NCBI RefSeq assembly: GCF_011386835.1
Contig: NC_088805.1
Span: 32,302,001-32,366,000 of the forward strand
Direction of reading: 5' to 3'
Length of the DNA stretch: 64,000 nt
Source of the DNA: Chrysemys picta bellii
Lineage: Eukaryota
A program made the translations under genes and the position numbers. This document shows, piece after piece, positions 29,501 through 42,042 of the stretch. The number at the start of each line of letters is the position of its first letter. Position 1 is the first letter of the stretch. The notes below the pieces were generated by a model. It was given only the letters and a program-made list of their open reading frames with translations. It did not search any database and was not told where the DNA came from.

Positions 29501-32128
29501 TTAACTCACTCCCAATATGTCATGCAGGGTCCCACTGCTCTGACAGATCCTCTTTTGATACACTTACCTTTCCCTGCTAAATTCATTTTGCCGTTGGCCG
29601 ATCTTTGCTCAGAAATACAGATGGCCGATGAATACCTAATGGGGAAAAAAACCCACAATGCTGATTTGTTTAGAGAGAACGGATATTCATCAGAATGGTT
29701 AGAAATAAAATGCTCATTCTCAGGATTCAATTTTCAATACTGCAGTTTTAATAGTCTATCGACACACAGCTCATTAATGTTTTAATGTTTACCTGAAAGC
29801 CACACGACATGCAGACACGAGATACAACTGTTACGTTCATCATGTATTGTCTCCACCAAACCTAGCAACTGACTGGCAGAAATCAGCCTATCTTAACACG
29901 CTGGCAGTGTCACTTGGCTATCTCAGCTACAGACAAGGCATTAAAAATAAGACTATACACCTGGCATCACAACCCTGAGCCCATGAAGCAACATTCCTCT
30001 CATCCCAGGGAAACCTTGCAAGTCCATGGGGTAAATTACAACAAAACTCAGGGAGAGTTTGGGGGCACCGGCTGAGAGAGAAGAAGAAAGCAATTGAACA
30101 CATCTCTCAAATGAGGTAGGAGGCTGACTTCAAGACCTGAGACGGCGAGAGCAAGAGCTAGGCAGAAGCAGGAAGGATGTGAGAGGCCAGAGGGGATGGC
30201 AGACTGAATAGATTACAGAGTCCCCACTGGGATTTTCTATTTCCCACAGGTAAACAGAACCACGCAGCCCGCTCCAGAGGACACTGCACAGCACCTGCTT
30301 TCCCGTTTCATTACAAGCTCTGAAATCAGGCAAGAGCAAAAGTGCTGCAGAGGGTCATCAGCTTTTCCCAGTGTACGGCTTTGACCGAGGTCATCTGCAA
30401 TTCTGAGCAAGCTCTGCTTTGAGCAAACCACTCAAAGCGAAGTCAAGGGGATGCGAACCCCAGAGCAAAAGAAAACGTCTGCATGAGCCCCTGCAAAGCA
30501 AGCTGCAAGATTCCCCTGCCTAGGACAAACTCTTCCACGTTTTGCTCAAGGTGGATTCCTTCACCCTGCTGTCTGTGAAACTGATTTTTAGCACATGGAA
30601 CTCCCTGGGGCCCAGTGGTGTTTGCAATCTACCGGCAGCATGCAGATCCACAAGACGTGATCTTAACACTGAAACAAAACGGGCTCCCACGCGTGGTACA
30701 CATGCGCCCCTCCCACTAAGAATCGCCCCCCGCTCCCCACCTGTCTCTGGATTTCCAAGGAGCCCTGTCTTCTGCATCTGCAACTAAGTTCCCTCTTTGC
30801 ATATCATACAACAGCCTAGTAGACGGAGCTGCCTTCTGAACACACAGAATCTTTTTCATGCTGTTTCCAGGAGATGCCTCTGAACCCGGGATAAAAACGT
30901 TACCAGTGTAACTGCTGCAAGAAGTTAGGTGCCCCTGCAGGGCAGCAGCAAGGCAGGCTCCAGTCGCCTGTCGGGTGAAGGGGCAGAGACAGAAGGGAGA
31001 GGAGGGGGCAAAAAGGCACAAAGCAGCACATGCCATTTGGCTGCACACAGCGACCAGGCCTATTCGGCTGGAAGGGGATTTCCACCTGGCTCCAGGATTA
31101 GAGGCTGTCACGGGATTCTCTCCCCAGTATTTCTGGAGCACCCCCTGCTGCAGATCTAAGCACTCCACGTACACGACAGGCCTCGGTGTCTGCTGCTGGG
31201 GGTGATGACGCACTCATCCATAGTCTGGTGAGCACACCTGGTAACACTACACCCCCCCCCCCATCACATACACAGCTCCCCACAGCTCTCGTGGTCGGGG
31301 CGCAGCACCTCGCCTCCCCAATTGGACATTGACAGGTGCCCTCGAGACCTGGGGCTTGACTGTCAGAGGTGATGAGCGCCCACAGCTCCATTAACTTCAA
31401 CTGGAGTTCTGGGCGCTCAGCACCACTGAAAGGCAGGCCCTTGTTTGCCTCAGTTTCCCCTGTACACCAGGGATTTCATCCCCTGCTTCACAGAACCGAC
31501 TGATGGTGTCTGTAGTACTGGGTCAGTACAGAAGCGCTGGAGAACTGCTAATGATTAGTACTGATGTGTGAGTGGAACAAGGCAATCAGATCTGCCTCTA
31601 CTCTAGAGCGAATTAAGAGCCTGGGGGGAACTCCAGAGAATCCCAGTCTGCCCAGAGGGGCAGGGATGATTAGAACACATTCCTTTCCAACCAAAACTGC
31701 CCTGCATTGAGCCAGGTCCATCAACGGGGGGATTTCAAGTCTGGACTAGGCTGCAGGCTCCCCGGGGCAGGGACCACATTTCCTCAGAGATTTTTGAAGT
31801 ACCATCGGTGCTCAAATAGCAGCTGTTCACAGCCCACCGCCCAACGCTCTGCCCTCATGAAAATTGCCCAAATCGTGCACTTATGTGGCATGTGCACACA
31901 CGCGCACACACACTTCCTTCCTGACACTGCTCATGCAAACCACCACCAGGGAGCTGCTTTGCCAAGAACCCTTCGCACACAGAACCAGTAACTTCTCAGA
32001 GAGGCAGCGACTTAGCCGAGGGCCTCTCTCTGCAAGAGCCTGACAGTTTTGCCATGTGAGGCAGACAATGAGCCATGAAGAGTGGAGCAACTATCCACCA
32101 GAGCCTGCCACGGACCAGAGGTCCACAT

Positions 32129-32782
32129 CAGTGGCTCTCAACCTTTCCAGACTGCTGCACCCTTTCAGGAGTCTGATTTGTTGTGTGTACCCCAAGTTTC
32201 ACCTCTCTTAAAAACTACTTGCTTACAAAAAAAAGAAGAACAGGAGGACTTGTGGCACCTTAGAGACTAACAAATTTATTAGAGCATAAGCTTTCGTGGA
32301 CTACAGCCCACTTCTTCGGATGCATATAGCTATATGCATCCGAAGAAGTGGGCTGTAGTCCACGAAAGCTTATGCTCTAATAAATTTGTTAGTCTCTAAG
32401 GTGCCACAAGTCCTCCTGTTCTTCTTTTTGCGGATACAGACTAACACGGCTGCTACTCTGAAACCTTTGCTTACAAAAATCAGACATAAGAATACAAAAA
32501 TATCAAAGTACACTATTACTGAAAAATTGCTTACGTTCTCTATTTTCCCATGTATTTATAAAAGAAATCGATTGGAATATAAATATTGTACTTCAGTGTA
32601 TAGTCTATAGAGCGATATAAACAAGTCATTGTCTGTATAAAATTTTAGTTTGTATTAACTTCACTAGCGCTTTTTATGTGGCCTGTTGTAAAATCAGGCA
32701 AATATCGAGAGGAGTTGGTGTACCCCCTGGAAGACCTGTGTGTGCCCCCAGGGGTACATGTACCCCCGGTTGAGAACCACTG
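32129..32782. mobile_element. hAT non-autonomous element containing a nested PLE palindrome
   Basis: TIRs CAGTGGCTCTCAACC / GGTTGAGAACCACTG; perfect 8-bp TSD GTCCACAT. Confidence 0.9.
32231..32466. mobile_element. Penelope-like element palindrome (family A), hammerhead motif on both strands
   Basis: 200-bp perfect inverted repeat plus a 36-nt tail; 12-bp TSD TTGCTTACAAAA. Confidence 0.9.
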
Positions 32783-34472
32783 GTCCACATGGACCCGGCT
32801 GACATGCACTAACAGTTCCTTAATGCACTTTGATCTAATCTGTTTCAAAGAGGACTAGATCAAAGTGCATTAACGCACTGTTACTGTGCATCAGCAGGGT
32901 CCACAACAGTTAGTGCACAGCAGGCTAGTGGGGGGCAGATTCACACCCCAACTTGCCATGAACTAATCGTTTGTGTAGTAGACAAGCCCCAGGACTGCAG
33001 CCAAGGTGGGTATATAGACAGTGCTGTTCACACATCTACTGTTCTTGGAAACCTTGCTTATTACAGATTCTATGCAAATCAAGAGACAATCCCTCCAGAG
33101 AGGATATTCCAGCTAGAGAAATCGCACCTAAGGGGCTAACATTTGGGTTTCCATAAACTGACCTAAGACCTGCTCGGATTACAACTGTTTGAATGTAGGG
33201 CGCATGCTGGCTGACAAAGAAACAGAATAAGAGGGCCTGGGGCTGAGCAGGGCTGAGATGCCGAGAGAACGATCTGCATGTCCAGTCCCAAGTCACATGA
33301 CAAGGGTTCAGGCCCCGTCACCTCAGAAGGGTCAGTGTTCAGACTCCAGTGGCCCAGAGTCACAGAGGGAGCCCAGCACTAGAATAGCAGATGGGGCTCC
33401 AGGACTGGGCTGTGGCTCTTCAGCGGAGTGGTGTGCAGAGGCCTGCCCCACACCTGCCCAGGCTAACCCAGTCATTCATTTGCACGAGCACCAAAAATTA
33501 GCGGCAGCGATCTGGGACTCGGGAATGGAACCTACAGTTTTCATGGGCTGTAATTCAACTCTCACCTCCACGGCTAGTGAAATGGCAGATCTGGGGCGGG
33601 AGCTGCAGCCTGTCTCTGAAAGGCCCACGGAGCTCCAAGGAGCAGCTTTCTGCAGGGGAAGGTGAACAGGTGCACTGCAGACATTCTTCCAGGAACTCCC
33701 AGAGCCACCACTCAGCAAAGGCCTGCAGGTTAAAGAGAGCTGCACGATGAGGAGAGGGAACCGGAAAAAAATAAAGGGGACAAACATCCATTTACAAAGT
33801 TGAAAACTGTTAGAATCCATGAGGCTGAATCTACAAACGTCATAACTGTGATTCAACAGCAATGCAGCTCTTCTGGGACCCTAGAGGTGGAGGATGTAGT
33901 GAAGACAGGACCACCAGTAGAAATAGCTATCACCACATCAAGATCTCTCATGCCCTGTCACCCATTGTTGCTATGACCAGTGAGAATTACAGTTCTCAAA
34001 GTCACTAGCGTGTGCAGTGCAGAGGGAATCTTCAGGGAATGTCACTGTCAAACAAATCCCTACCGAGCATGTGCAAATTGTGGTTACTCGGAGGCTCAGA
34101 ACTTGGCTGACCTTTGGGCAAATTTTTATAGAGATGGCACCATGGTGACTCCCCCTGCCAAATTTCAAGTCCCTCCTCTGTAGCATGGAAGTGCTAGATC
34201 TTCTCAAAATAAAATTTAAAACAAAATCTTACAGCCATTCTGTTATTTTTAATATGGACAAGACAATGTATTTTTCTCTAACCTTGTTCGCTGGAAAGGC
34301 TGAACCATTTTAACTGAAACATCCCACATAATTCAGACTGTGAAGTCACCCAGCATTGAAAATTTCAGTCTGAATGGTTATAGTTTGACAAAGTTACAAG
34401 CAACTGAAAACAGGGTCTTAGAATGGAAAGTGTCAGATAACCTTAAGTATAAGCACTGCTACCTGCACTGCC

Positions 34473-34865
34473 TATAAGAATATAAGAACTACCATCCTGG
34501 GTCAGACCAATGGTCCAACTAACCCAGTATCCAGTCTCTGACAGTGGTCCATACCAGAACTTCAGGCACAGCATACAGAACAGGGCAACTGGAGATAGCC
34601 ACCCGGCTTCTCCTCCCAGCTTCTGGCAGTCAGAGGCTTAGGGTGACACTGACCTTGAGGTTGCATCCCTGACCATCTTGGCTAACAGCCATTGATGTAC
34701 CTATCCTTCATGAACTCATCTAGTTCTTTCTGAACCCAGTTATACTTAGGCCATTACAACATCCCACAGCAATGAGTTCCACAGGTTAACTGTGTGGTGT
34801 TTGAAAAATTACTTCCCCTTGTTTGTATTCAACCTGGTACCTATTAATTTCATCTGGTTTTTGTA
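34473..34865 (-). mobile_element. CR1 LINE 3' fragment
   Basis: TATAAGAATATAAGAAC.. terminus; shares the GGTCAGACCAATGGTCC block. Confidence 0.8.
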
Positions 34866-34939
34866 TGGTTGGAAAAGATAATGTATCATTTTAGTGTTTG
34901 TAAGCCACTTTGAAAATGACAAGCACTAGATAAGTTATT

Positions 34940-35052
34940 AGAGAGAAAAGGTGGGGAGGGCGATATCTTTTATTGGACCAACTTCTGTTGGCGAGAGAGA
35001 ACAAGCTTGCGAGTTCACAGTTTCTCAGACCTGAAGAAGAGCTCGAAAGCTG
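34940..35052. mobile_element. Penelope-like element fragment (family B) with collapsed hammerhead motif
   Basis: Inverted arm followed by AGAC-CTGAAGA-AGAGCTC-GAAAGCT; no clear TSD. Confidence 0.6.
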
Positions 35053-38000
35053 CTCTGGGAACTGATATGGCTACACCACCACTGTGTACATAGAGAAGTT
35101 ATTGTTAAACAGAAGGTTTGTTTCTGAAGGGCAGTACTACCACTAAAACATATTTAACTCAAATCTTTGAAATAAGCATAGTTTAGCACTGTTCGAGGGT
35201 GTCTCAGATGCTGGGAAATTCATTAAGGGCTATCTGCATGCAGCATAGAGGAAACTAGTCTATGCCCCATGGAGCTCTCAATCTATTGTTTCAATCCCAG
35301 GGCGCCCACACACAATACACAAGTGCAAGGTCTAATCTTGTACTGCTGCAGATAGGTTTGTTCCCCCCGCCCCCTCGTGTTTTGGTGGATTAACCGTACA
35401 AAGCTGGTTTCAAGAGACCTGAATGAAGACAGAGAAGTGGTTTTTGTAACAAGGAAGAGCAGAAGAGAGCAAAGGTGAGCGAGAAAAGGGACAAAAGGAT
35501 GTTGCGAGGGACGGAGCACAGTGGATTAAAGGTGGGGAGGTGGAGTGGGAGACACAGGAGGCAGTGAGTAGAAACGCATGTTTTGTTCTCAAATCTCTGT
35601 GCTGATTTCAATGGGCCATCTGAGTCCCAGCCACACACTTCAACAGGGGATTTGAAAAGGAGCAAGACTTCACAAAGGGCACCTGCATATGCTGCATACA
35701 AAATGCAGTGAGCCCAGCACAGGAGTGCAGAACTAGCAATGCCCTCACCTCACCATTCTGGGCACAGGAGCGCTTGCTGTGCTGATGCCCTGACTCTTAC
35801 CCTGTCTACTCTTGAAAGCAGGGGTTGAGAAAATGCTGACGCAGCCCTATGTCTGCAACTGACTGTGGGGCATCCACGGACAGCAGTGAAATTGTTCGTA
35901 GACGCGCACCCTTGTCTAGTCAATGGCAGGCCTGGGGCCTTGGTTTTGAGATTGGACAGTCCCTTCTCCATACCCATGGAGAGAGGTTAGCTCTGAATTC
36001 TCCACTGCCCAACAGCTAATGACCATGAGCACGTTTGCTGCCTACCCCCGACAAATACTGCAACTAGCTACGTTTTCACTTTCTTACAGACTTCCAGAGA
36101 GAGGCACAAAGATTTTCATTCTGATTTAACTGAGCCCAGAGACTGTAAGGATGCCGCTCACTGACACAAGGCTGCTTTCATACACACAGAATCAAGCTGC
36201 AAAGAGGAAAGCCCACAAAGTTCAAATATTCCAGAAAGAAAATTACTTTCAGGCCATCACCTTGAACAAAAAGTCACAGTCACCGGAATGTTTGGTGCCA
36301 CTCGTACTACATGTAACACCTGAGTCTCCTCAGGGAGTTAGATGCACAAACATGGGATTTGGCCACCTATCTGTATTATTCGCCTTCAAAAGCCCCCTCT
36401 TAAGTTGACAAAGCATTTCTATTTTCCCAGATTGTCTTCTTTGCACCTTCAACAGTATTTGTGGCTAGTCAGTCTCACTGGTTTGCGCATGGACAGTTCC
36501 TCTCTGTGTACATCTTTCACACCTCAGACTGGAGAGAAAAATAGGATTGTAAAGCCATAAAAATCATCAGAGGGCTGAAGGGCCTGTTTAGCCCTCGCAA
36601 CATCTAACTTTAAAATTAACCAGATTTCAGCTGACAATATCGATTTACAGCTCTGATTTCGTCTTTTTTCCTTTAAAGCGTCACAAAGACGTCCTAGCCA
36701 AATTCCAATTCAAGTAATTCCATTCCAGCTACCTAAACCGCCCCCTTTAACTTCCATTAAATGAGGTATTCCTCTTCAGTTCTTGTCCTAAACTGCATAG
36801 CAACACTATCCAGCAGTCAAACCAATGCAGAGTGACAATCCAGAGGTGGCTGCAATTCAGGGATGTTGGAGCCACACATTCCTATCCTGCAAATGCTCTG
36901 CACACAGGCAGATGGCTCCCTGTTCATAGCCAGCTGCAGGATTGGGTCCACAATCCGTGAAGTGCTCTGGACCACTTCAGGCCAGAAGGCGCTACACAAT
37001 GCAATAACCTCAGTATATTTCTTGTGTTCTATTTCCCTTTGGTCGTATTCATGCTTCAGCTGCTTTTCAATATTAACTTTACACTTGAAACAGTCTTGCA
37101 TCTTGCTGCTTATGCAGGGCATTGGTTCACAACTGCAGAGGCTCCAGAGATTTTAGATTTTAGGACTGTTTCTCTGTGGAACACTGATCTGAAACCTCAA
37201 GCACACTCTTTGACATTGGGACATATGGAGGGGCTTACCTCCACTTTTAAATACTTTGCAAGAACAGGTTTGATGGCTTTGATCTCTGGATTACAGAAGA
37301 GTGAGCGCAGGCTTCAAATACTTGAATCTGTTGCTAAGAAATAGTGAGAGGTAAAACCCAGAGCCAAGAAGAATGTTCACAGATGAGTACTCTTAGAGCA
37401 TTATCCAAGCTCCCAAGGGTCTGGTCAGGGACGCATGAACAAAGCCAGGCTGCTGTAACAGGCTTTAAATTAAATCAACAAAGATTTGACAGACATTTTA
37501 TAGCACAAACGTACTGTTTGTTTATTGCCTCAGGGCTGCTGTGATTAGAAAACATTTTATTATCCTGCTCAATGCTAAAATGTTTTTGAAATAATAAAAA
37601 CCCCACCAATTTGCAGCATCTTCCATTCTATTTTCTCCTGATCCAAGTGAAGACAGTGGCACTATCTTTATCACGCGTGTTCAGAGTATGGCTCCAGCAT
37701 GTTGATTTCCACTTGCCCTCCACAATGCCGACTGTAAGCATGATCTTCTTTCAAACCAGGTTATTAATTTTAAAGTACCTACAGTTAAAAAAGCCCACGG
37801 GAGACCCGCTGTTGGAGCAGCAGACCCAAACTGCTGGAATCAGCTGCCATACCCCACTCTGCTGAAATAAACCAAACACTGCATTTGTGTAAGATGTCCT
37901 TTAACTCTCCCCCGCCCTTTTCTTCTTTTAAAGGTGCTTCATCACCTTGCAGTTATCACTGCCCCGGCATCTCTCAGGCAACATCACCTGACTAGCACTG

Positions 38001-38816
38001 CTAGATGTGGCACCTAACCAGCAGTTTGATTTAATTGGTTTCTTGCAGAAACACTGGTCACAGCCACTGGCATCTCTTCCTTTTTGGAATGCTCCCAGAA
38101 GAGCCAGCTCGGCCTCACATTGGGCGCTGGATGCTTTCTCCATAGTGAGAAGCAGGACATACAGCTAAGTGTGGTTTTTAGTTTATTTTAAGCTGTCTCT
38201 GTACATCTCAGGATGGTCCCAGCAGACAGACACATCCACCAGTGCATTTGGGAACTAGATATTCAATAATGCAGGACACTCAGCAGACAGCAGCACTGAG
38301 CAGTCACCATCGTGCCCAGTTACCCACCTAGCTACACCCACTTTGTAACCCCACTCAGAATGCATCTGCTGCAGCACTGGAGATGCTGACACTGTAGCAC
38401 CTTCACATCTGCCAGTACCCTGCGATTCACCAGAGGGGACACAGCTGTTCACACCGCCTGCGGGGAATGCCAGGGAGTAGCACAGACACCACACATGCTC
38501 AGCTACCAGGGGAGTTATGCTACGGGAATGGTTATGAATACCCAGCCTCAGAGCAGAACGTTGCCTTCCCCACTGAGGCAAAGGTGCATCGGTCCCGCAA
38601 ACATTTCCTTTCCCAGCTTCTGGTGGATGGGGAGCATACACAGACTCTTAAAAACGTCAATCCAACTGCTTCGGGGACTCCAGCATTTAGTCTATGGACA
38701 GGATCCAAGGAGCAAACCTCCTGGAGCAGGAAATTCGGGGAGACTGTCTCAACTTGATGCATGCCAACATGAGTGACCTCCCAGCACAGTTACAGAAATC
38801 GTGTGCCCAAGACAAA

Positions 38817-39093
38817 GGCCTGGTCTACACTAACCCCCCAATTCGAACTAAGGTACGTCGACTTCAGCTACGTGAATAACGTAGCTGAAGTCGACGTACC
38901 TTAGTTCGAACTTACCGCGGTCCAGACGCGGCAGGCAGGCTCCCCCGTCGACTCCTCGCGCCGAGCAGGATTACCGGAGTCGACGGCGAGCACTTCTGGG
39001 TTCGATTTATTGCGTCCAGACAAGACGCGATAAAGCGAACCCAGAAGTTCGATTGCCTGCCGCCGAACCAGCGCGGTAAGTATAGACAAGCCC
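38817..39093. mobile_element. Young Harbinger-like MITE with internal hairpins
   Basis: GGCCTGGTCTACACT ... AGTATAGACAAGCCC; 3-bp AAA flanks; CpG-rich. Confidence 0.8.
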
Positions 39094-40179
39094 AAAGGGA
39101 AATTTCCCCACCCATCCTGAGCCCTGCCAGCTCCCCTGGAATACTTCCAGGGCCTTGCCCTCCAAGCGAGTGAGGCAGTAGCAATTTGGGTAGGTTCTTT
39201 TTTTCGAGACATTCCCCATCCCTTGCAGCACTGAGTGAGATTTCAACATGCCAAACTCAAGTTCGTCATATTCCCTTTCAACGCAAATTCACTCATTGAC
39301 CCAGTAATCCCCTAGAAAGGTCTAGCAACCAACCTGAGGAATGGACAGCTGTCAGGGGAGGGGGAGAGAGGTGACAATCTTACGCCCAGAACTCTAGAAA
39401 GATCATCTCTTATGCAAAGAAAGGTTGCAGGAGGCACAGACACCTTATGAGAAGGAGTCCGAAGTCAGAAGAGAAAGAAAATACGAAAGGAACTCTTCCC
39501 TACAGAAGGAACCTATTGGGGAAAAAAACAGTAGCCGACACGGACAGAATCAGAATAACCTGCAAGGAAACTCTCTTTATAAAACCACCGGCATGTCAAA
39601 ACAGCCCAGCCCCCTGGAGTTAAAGGCTTTGCGGGTTAGTTACCCGGAGCGTTGGACCACTCACCGCCCTGTCCATCCCCAACGCACACACAGCTCCAAT
39701 GGTGGTGAAAACTTAGGCTTGGCGAACACTTAAAAGTTAGGTCGACATAGAAAAACACCTCTGACTGATTGATGTAGCTCGTGGACCTAGTTCCCAGCCC
39801 ATATGCAGCTGGGTCTACGTAGCTAATTTTCTTCGAGGAGGTGGTATTCCCTCCCGTCAGCACAGTCTGCGTCTAGGAGCCTGTGCCAGCATGCTTAGGT
39901 TGGCATAGTACCCTAGTACATACCAGCAGAAGTAGTATTTCTGTCTGGGCAGGATACCAGCTCCCCAGTGGATGGCAGCTATGCTGACAGAAGGACTCTC
40001 TTGTCAACATAGCTGAGCCTACACTGGGGCTTTAGAAGGCACAATGGTGTTTTTCTCACACCCCTGACCAGCGTCAGCAGGACAATATAAATGTTAAGTG
40101 CAAACCAGGCCCCATACAATGTTTCAAGTGCTCCTGTGATTCCCACGGTAAGTCTGTGCACGGGAACTGAGGAAGCCCA

Positions 40180-40272
40180 GGCTGGGATGATTTAGTTGGG
40201 GTTGGTCCTGCTTTGAACAGGGGGTTGGACTAGATGACCTCCGGAGGTCTCTTCCAACCCTAATCTATGAAT
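40180..40272 (+). mobile_element. CR1 LINE 3' end
   Basis: GGTTGGACTAGATGACCTCC..CTTCCAACCC..CTATGA terminus. Confidence 0.75.
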
Positions 40273-41451
40273 GAGTCTCCTGGAGCCGGAATTAAAAGCT
40301 GCCAGAAGAGTGACTGATCTGTGCAGCAGCCAGTGGGGACGCGACCGTGACTCATGCCTCTCCAGATGTGCTCCTGGTATCCTGCCTACCAGCTGTAGGC
40401 CTCCAGCTCAGTTAATTGCCAAGCAAAATTCTCTGAGGATAAAATGTTATCTGCCAAATGCAACAATATCCAATTCTGCACTTGCTAGAAAAGCTCCCAT
40501 TGTGGCATGTGGATTGCTAGTGTACTCTAGCTGTTCTGTAAAGTGCTATGCTGGGCTAAGCAGGATTACCGATCAGAAACGGGGCCCCTTACAAACAGAA
40601 ATGCCTGAGTTACAGGAGCTACGCACTGAGGTTGCACCATTTCATCCTCTGAGAGAATGGCTGCTGCTCTGAATCCCTTGTGGAATTTGCAGCTTTTCAG
40701 GTTCACTGTATTTTAGCGAAGCTGCAGCTCATGTGTTTTACCATGTGATGAATACAGCGAGACTACAGCACAGCGTGCAGTCTGCAGGACTCAGCGGTTG
40801 GGCCACATCACCCATACACGATCACACCACTGAGCCGCAAATCTGTTAGCTGAGGACTACCTACTCTGCTGCATTTGGGTTACATAGTCAAGCCCAGTTC
40901 TCCAAGTGGGCTGGGGGGACTAGCTCCAAAAATCAGAATTTTGCAAAAAATGGAACTCTGATTTTAAAGAGAAATTCAGGACTTTCAGTCAACCCTGGTT
41001 TCAAATAACCAGGACTTACCAGTGCTCCCTTTTCTTCTATTTTAAATCAGTTAGACTTTTTGAAATAACAATTACAAAATAGAACATTAATACATGAGAC
41101 TAAACCTGACACCACCTCCTGGAACACACCCATCAAAGGGCCGGGGGAACATGCCCATTTTATCCTGCAGCAGCTGCATGCCACACATCGAAATACCACG
41201 TTCTCTCTCCACACTCCTGTGTTCAGCTCACCACGGTCTTGGTGTGTCGCCATGTCATAGCACAGCACGCTGTCACAGCACCCCTGCGGGATAGAGAGCA
41301 GAGCCTGCAGCCACTAACACAAACAGGCACAAATCTACTGCAGGTGGCCCTTGCTTCATTCTGCCCCTCGGCCAAGGAGAATGCTGTGTACCCCCTTCCT
41401 TTGGATCTGTGAGTCCTGCACCTTCCTGTGTGGTATCTGGTGTGAGGAGAC

Positions 41452-41586
41452 AAGATGGGGCTGGGACTGGACAACAGGGGATGTTCTGTTCATTCCCTCT
41501 GAAGCATCAGGCCAGGCTACTATCGGAAGACAGGCTACTGGGCTGGATGGACCACTGATCTGACCCAATGTGGCCATTCTTATGTA
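41452..41586 (+). mobile_element. CR1 LINE 3' end
   Basis: Homologous to 7835-8020, ending ATTCTTATGT. Confidence 0.75.
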
Positions 41587-41800
41587 ACATGGTAATTCCT
41601 ACATTGTCCTCAGCCCTGTTACTCCCATTTTTCCCATCAGGTTTTAACTTCTATCTGCTCAGGCAACCTGAGCTCAAGGGAACTTTGGGGAAATGCAGGA
41701 GTTCACATGTGCACGTTAGACTCCGACAGCTGCAATGACCGCATTTGAAAAAAAGCAAGGCCCGTTTACACTACTGGCGCTACAGAGGCAATAAGAAATA

Positions 41801-41988
41801 TATGGAGATATACCTATCTCATAGAGCTGGAAGGGACCCTGAAAGGTCATTGAGTCCAGCCCCCTGCCTTCACTAGCAGGACCAAGTACTGATTTTGCCC
41901 CAGATCCCTAAATGGCCCCCTCAAGGATTGAACTCACAACCCTGCATTTAGCAGGCCAGTGCTCAAACCAATGAGCTATCCCTCCCCC
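41801..41988 (-). mobile_element. Tortoise Pol III/SINE
   Basis: Same family as the copies at 3800 and 23075. Confidence 0.85.
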
Positions 41989-42042
41989 CATAGCACAGCC
42001 ATGGAACTTAGCCAGGCCACTGTAACCCCATAGCACAGAGAC

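Noticed and set aside
36817-37122. 101-aa minus-strand ORF that looks superficially protein-like
   Set aside because: No recognisable homology or splice context, and ORFs of this length occur by chance in 64 kb.
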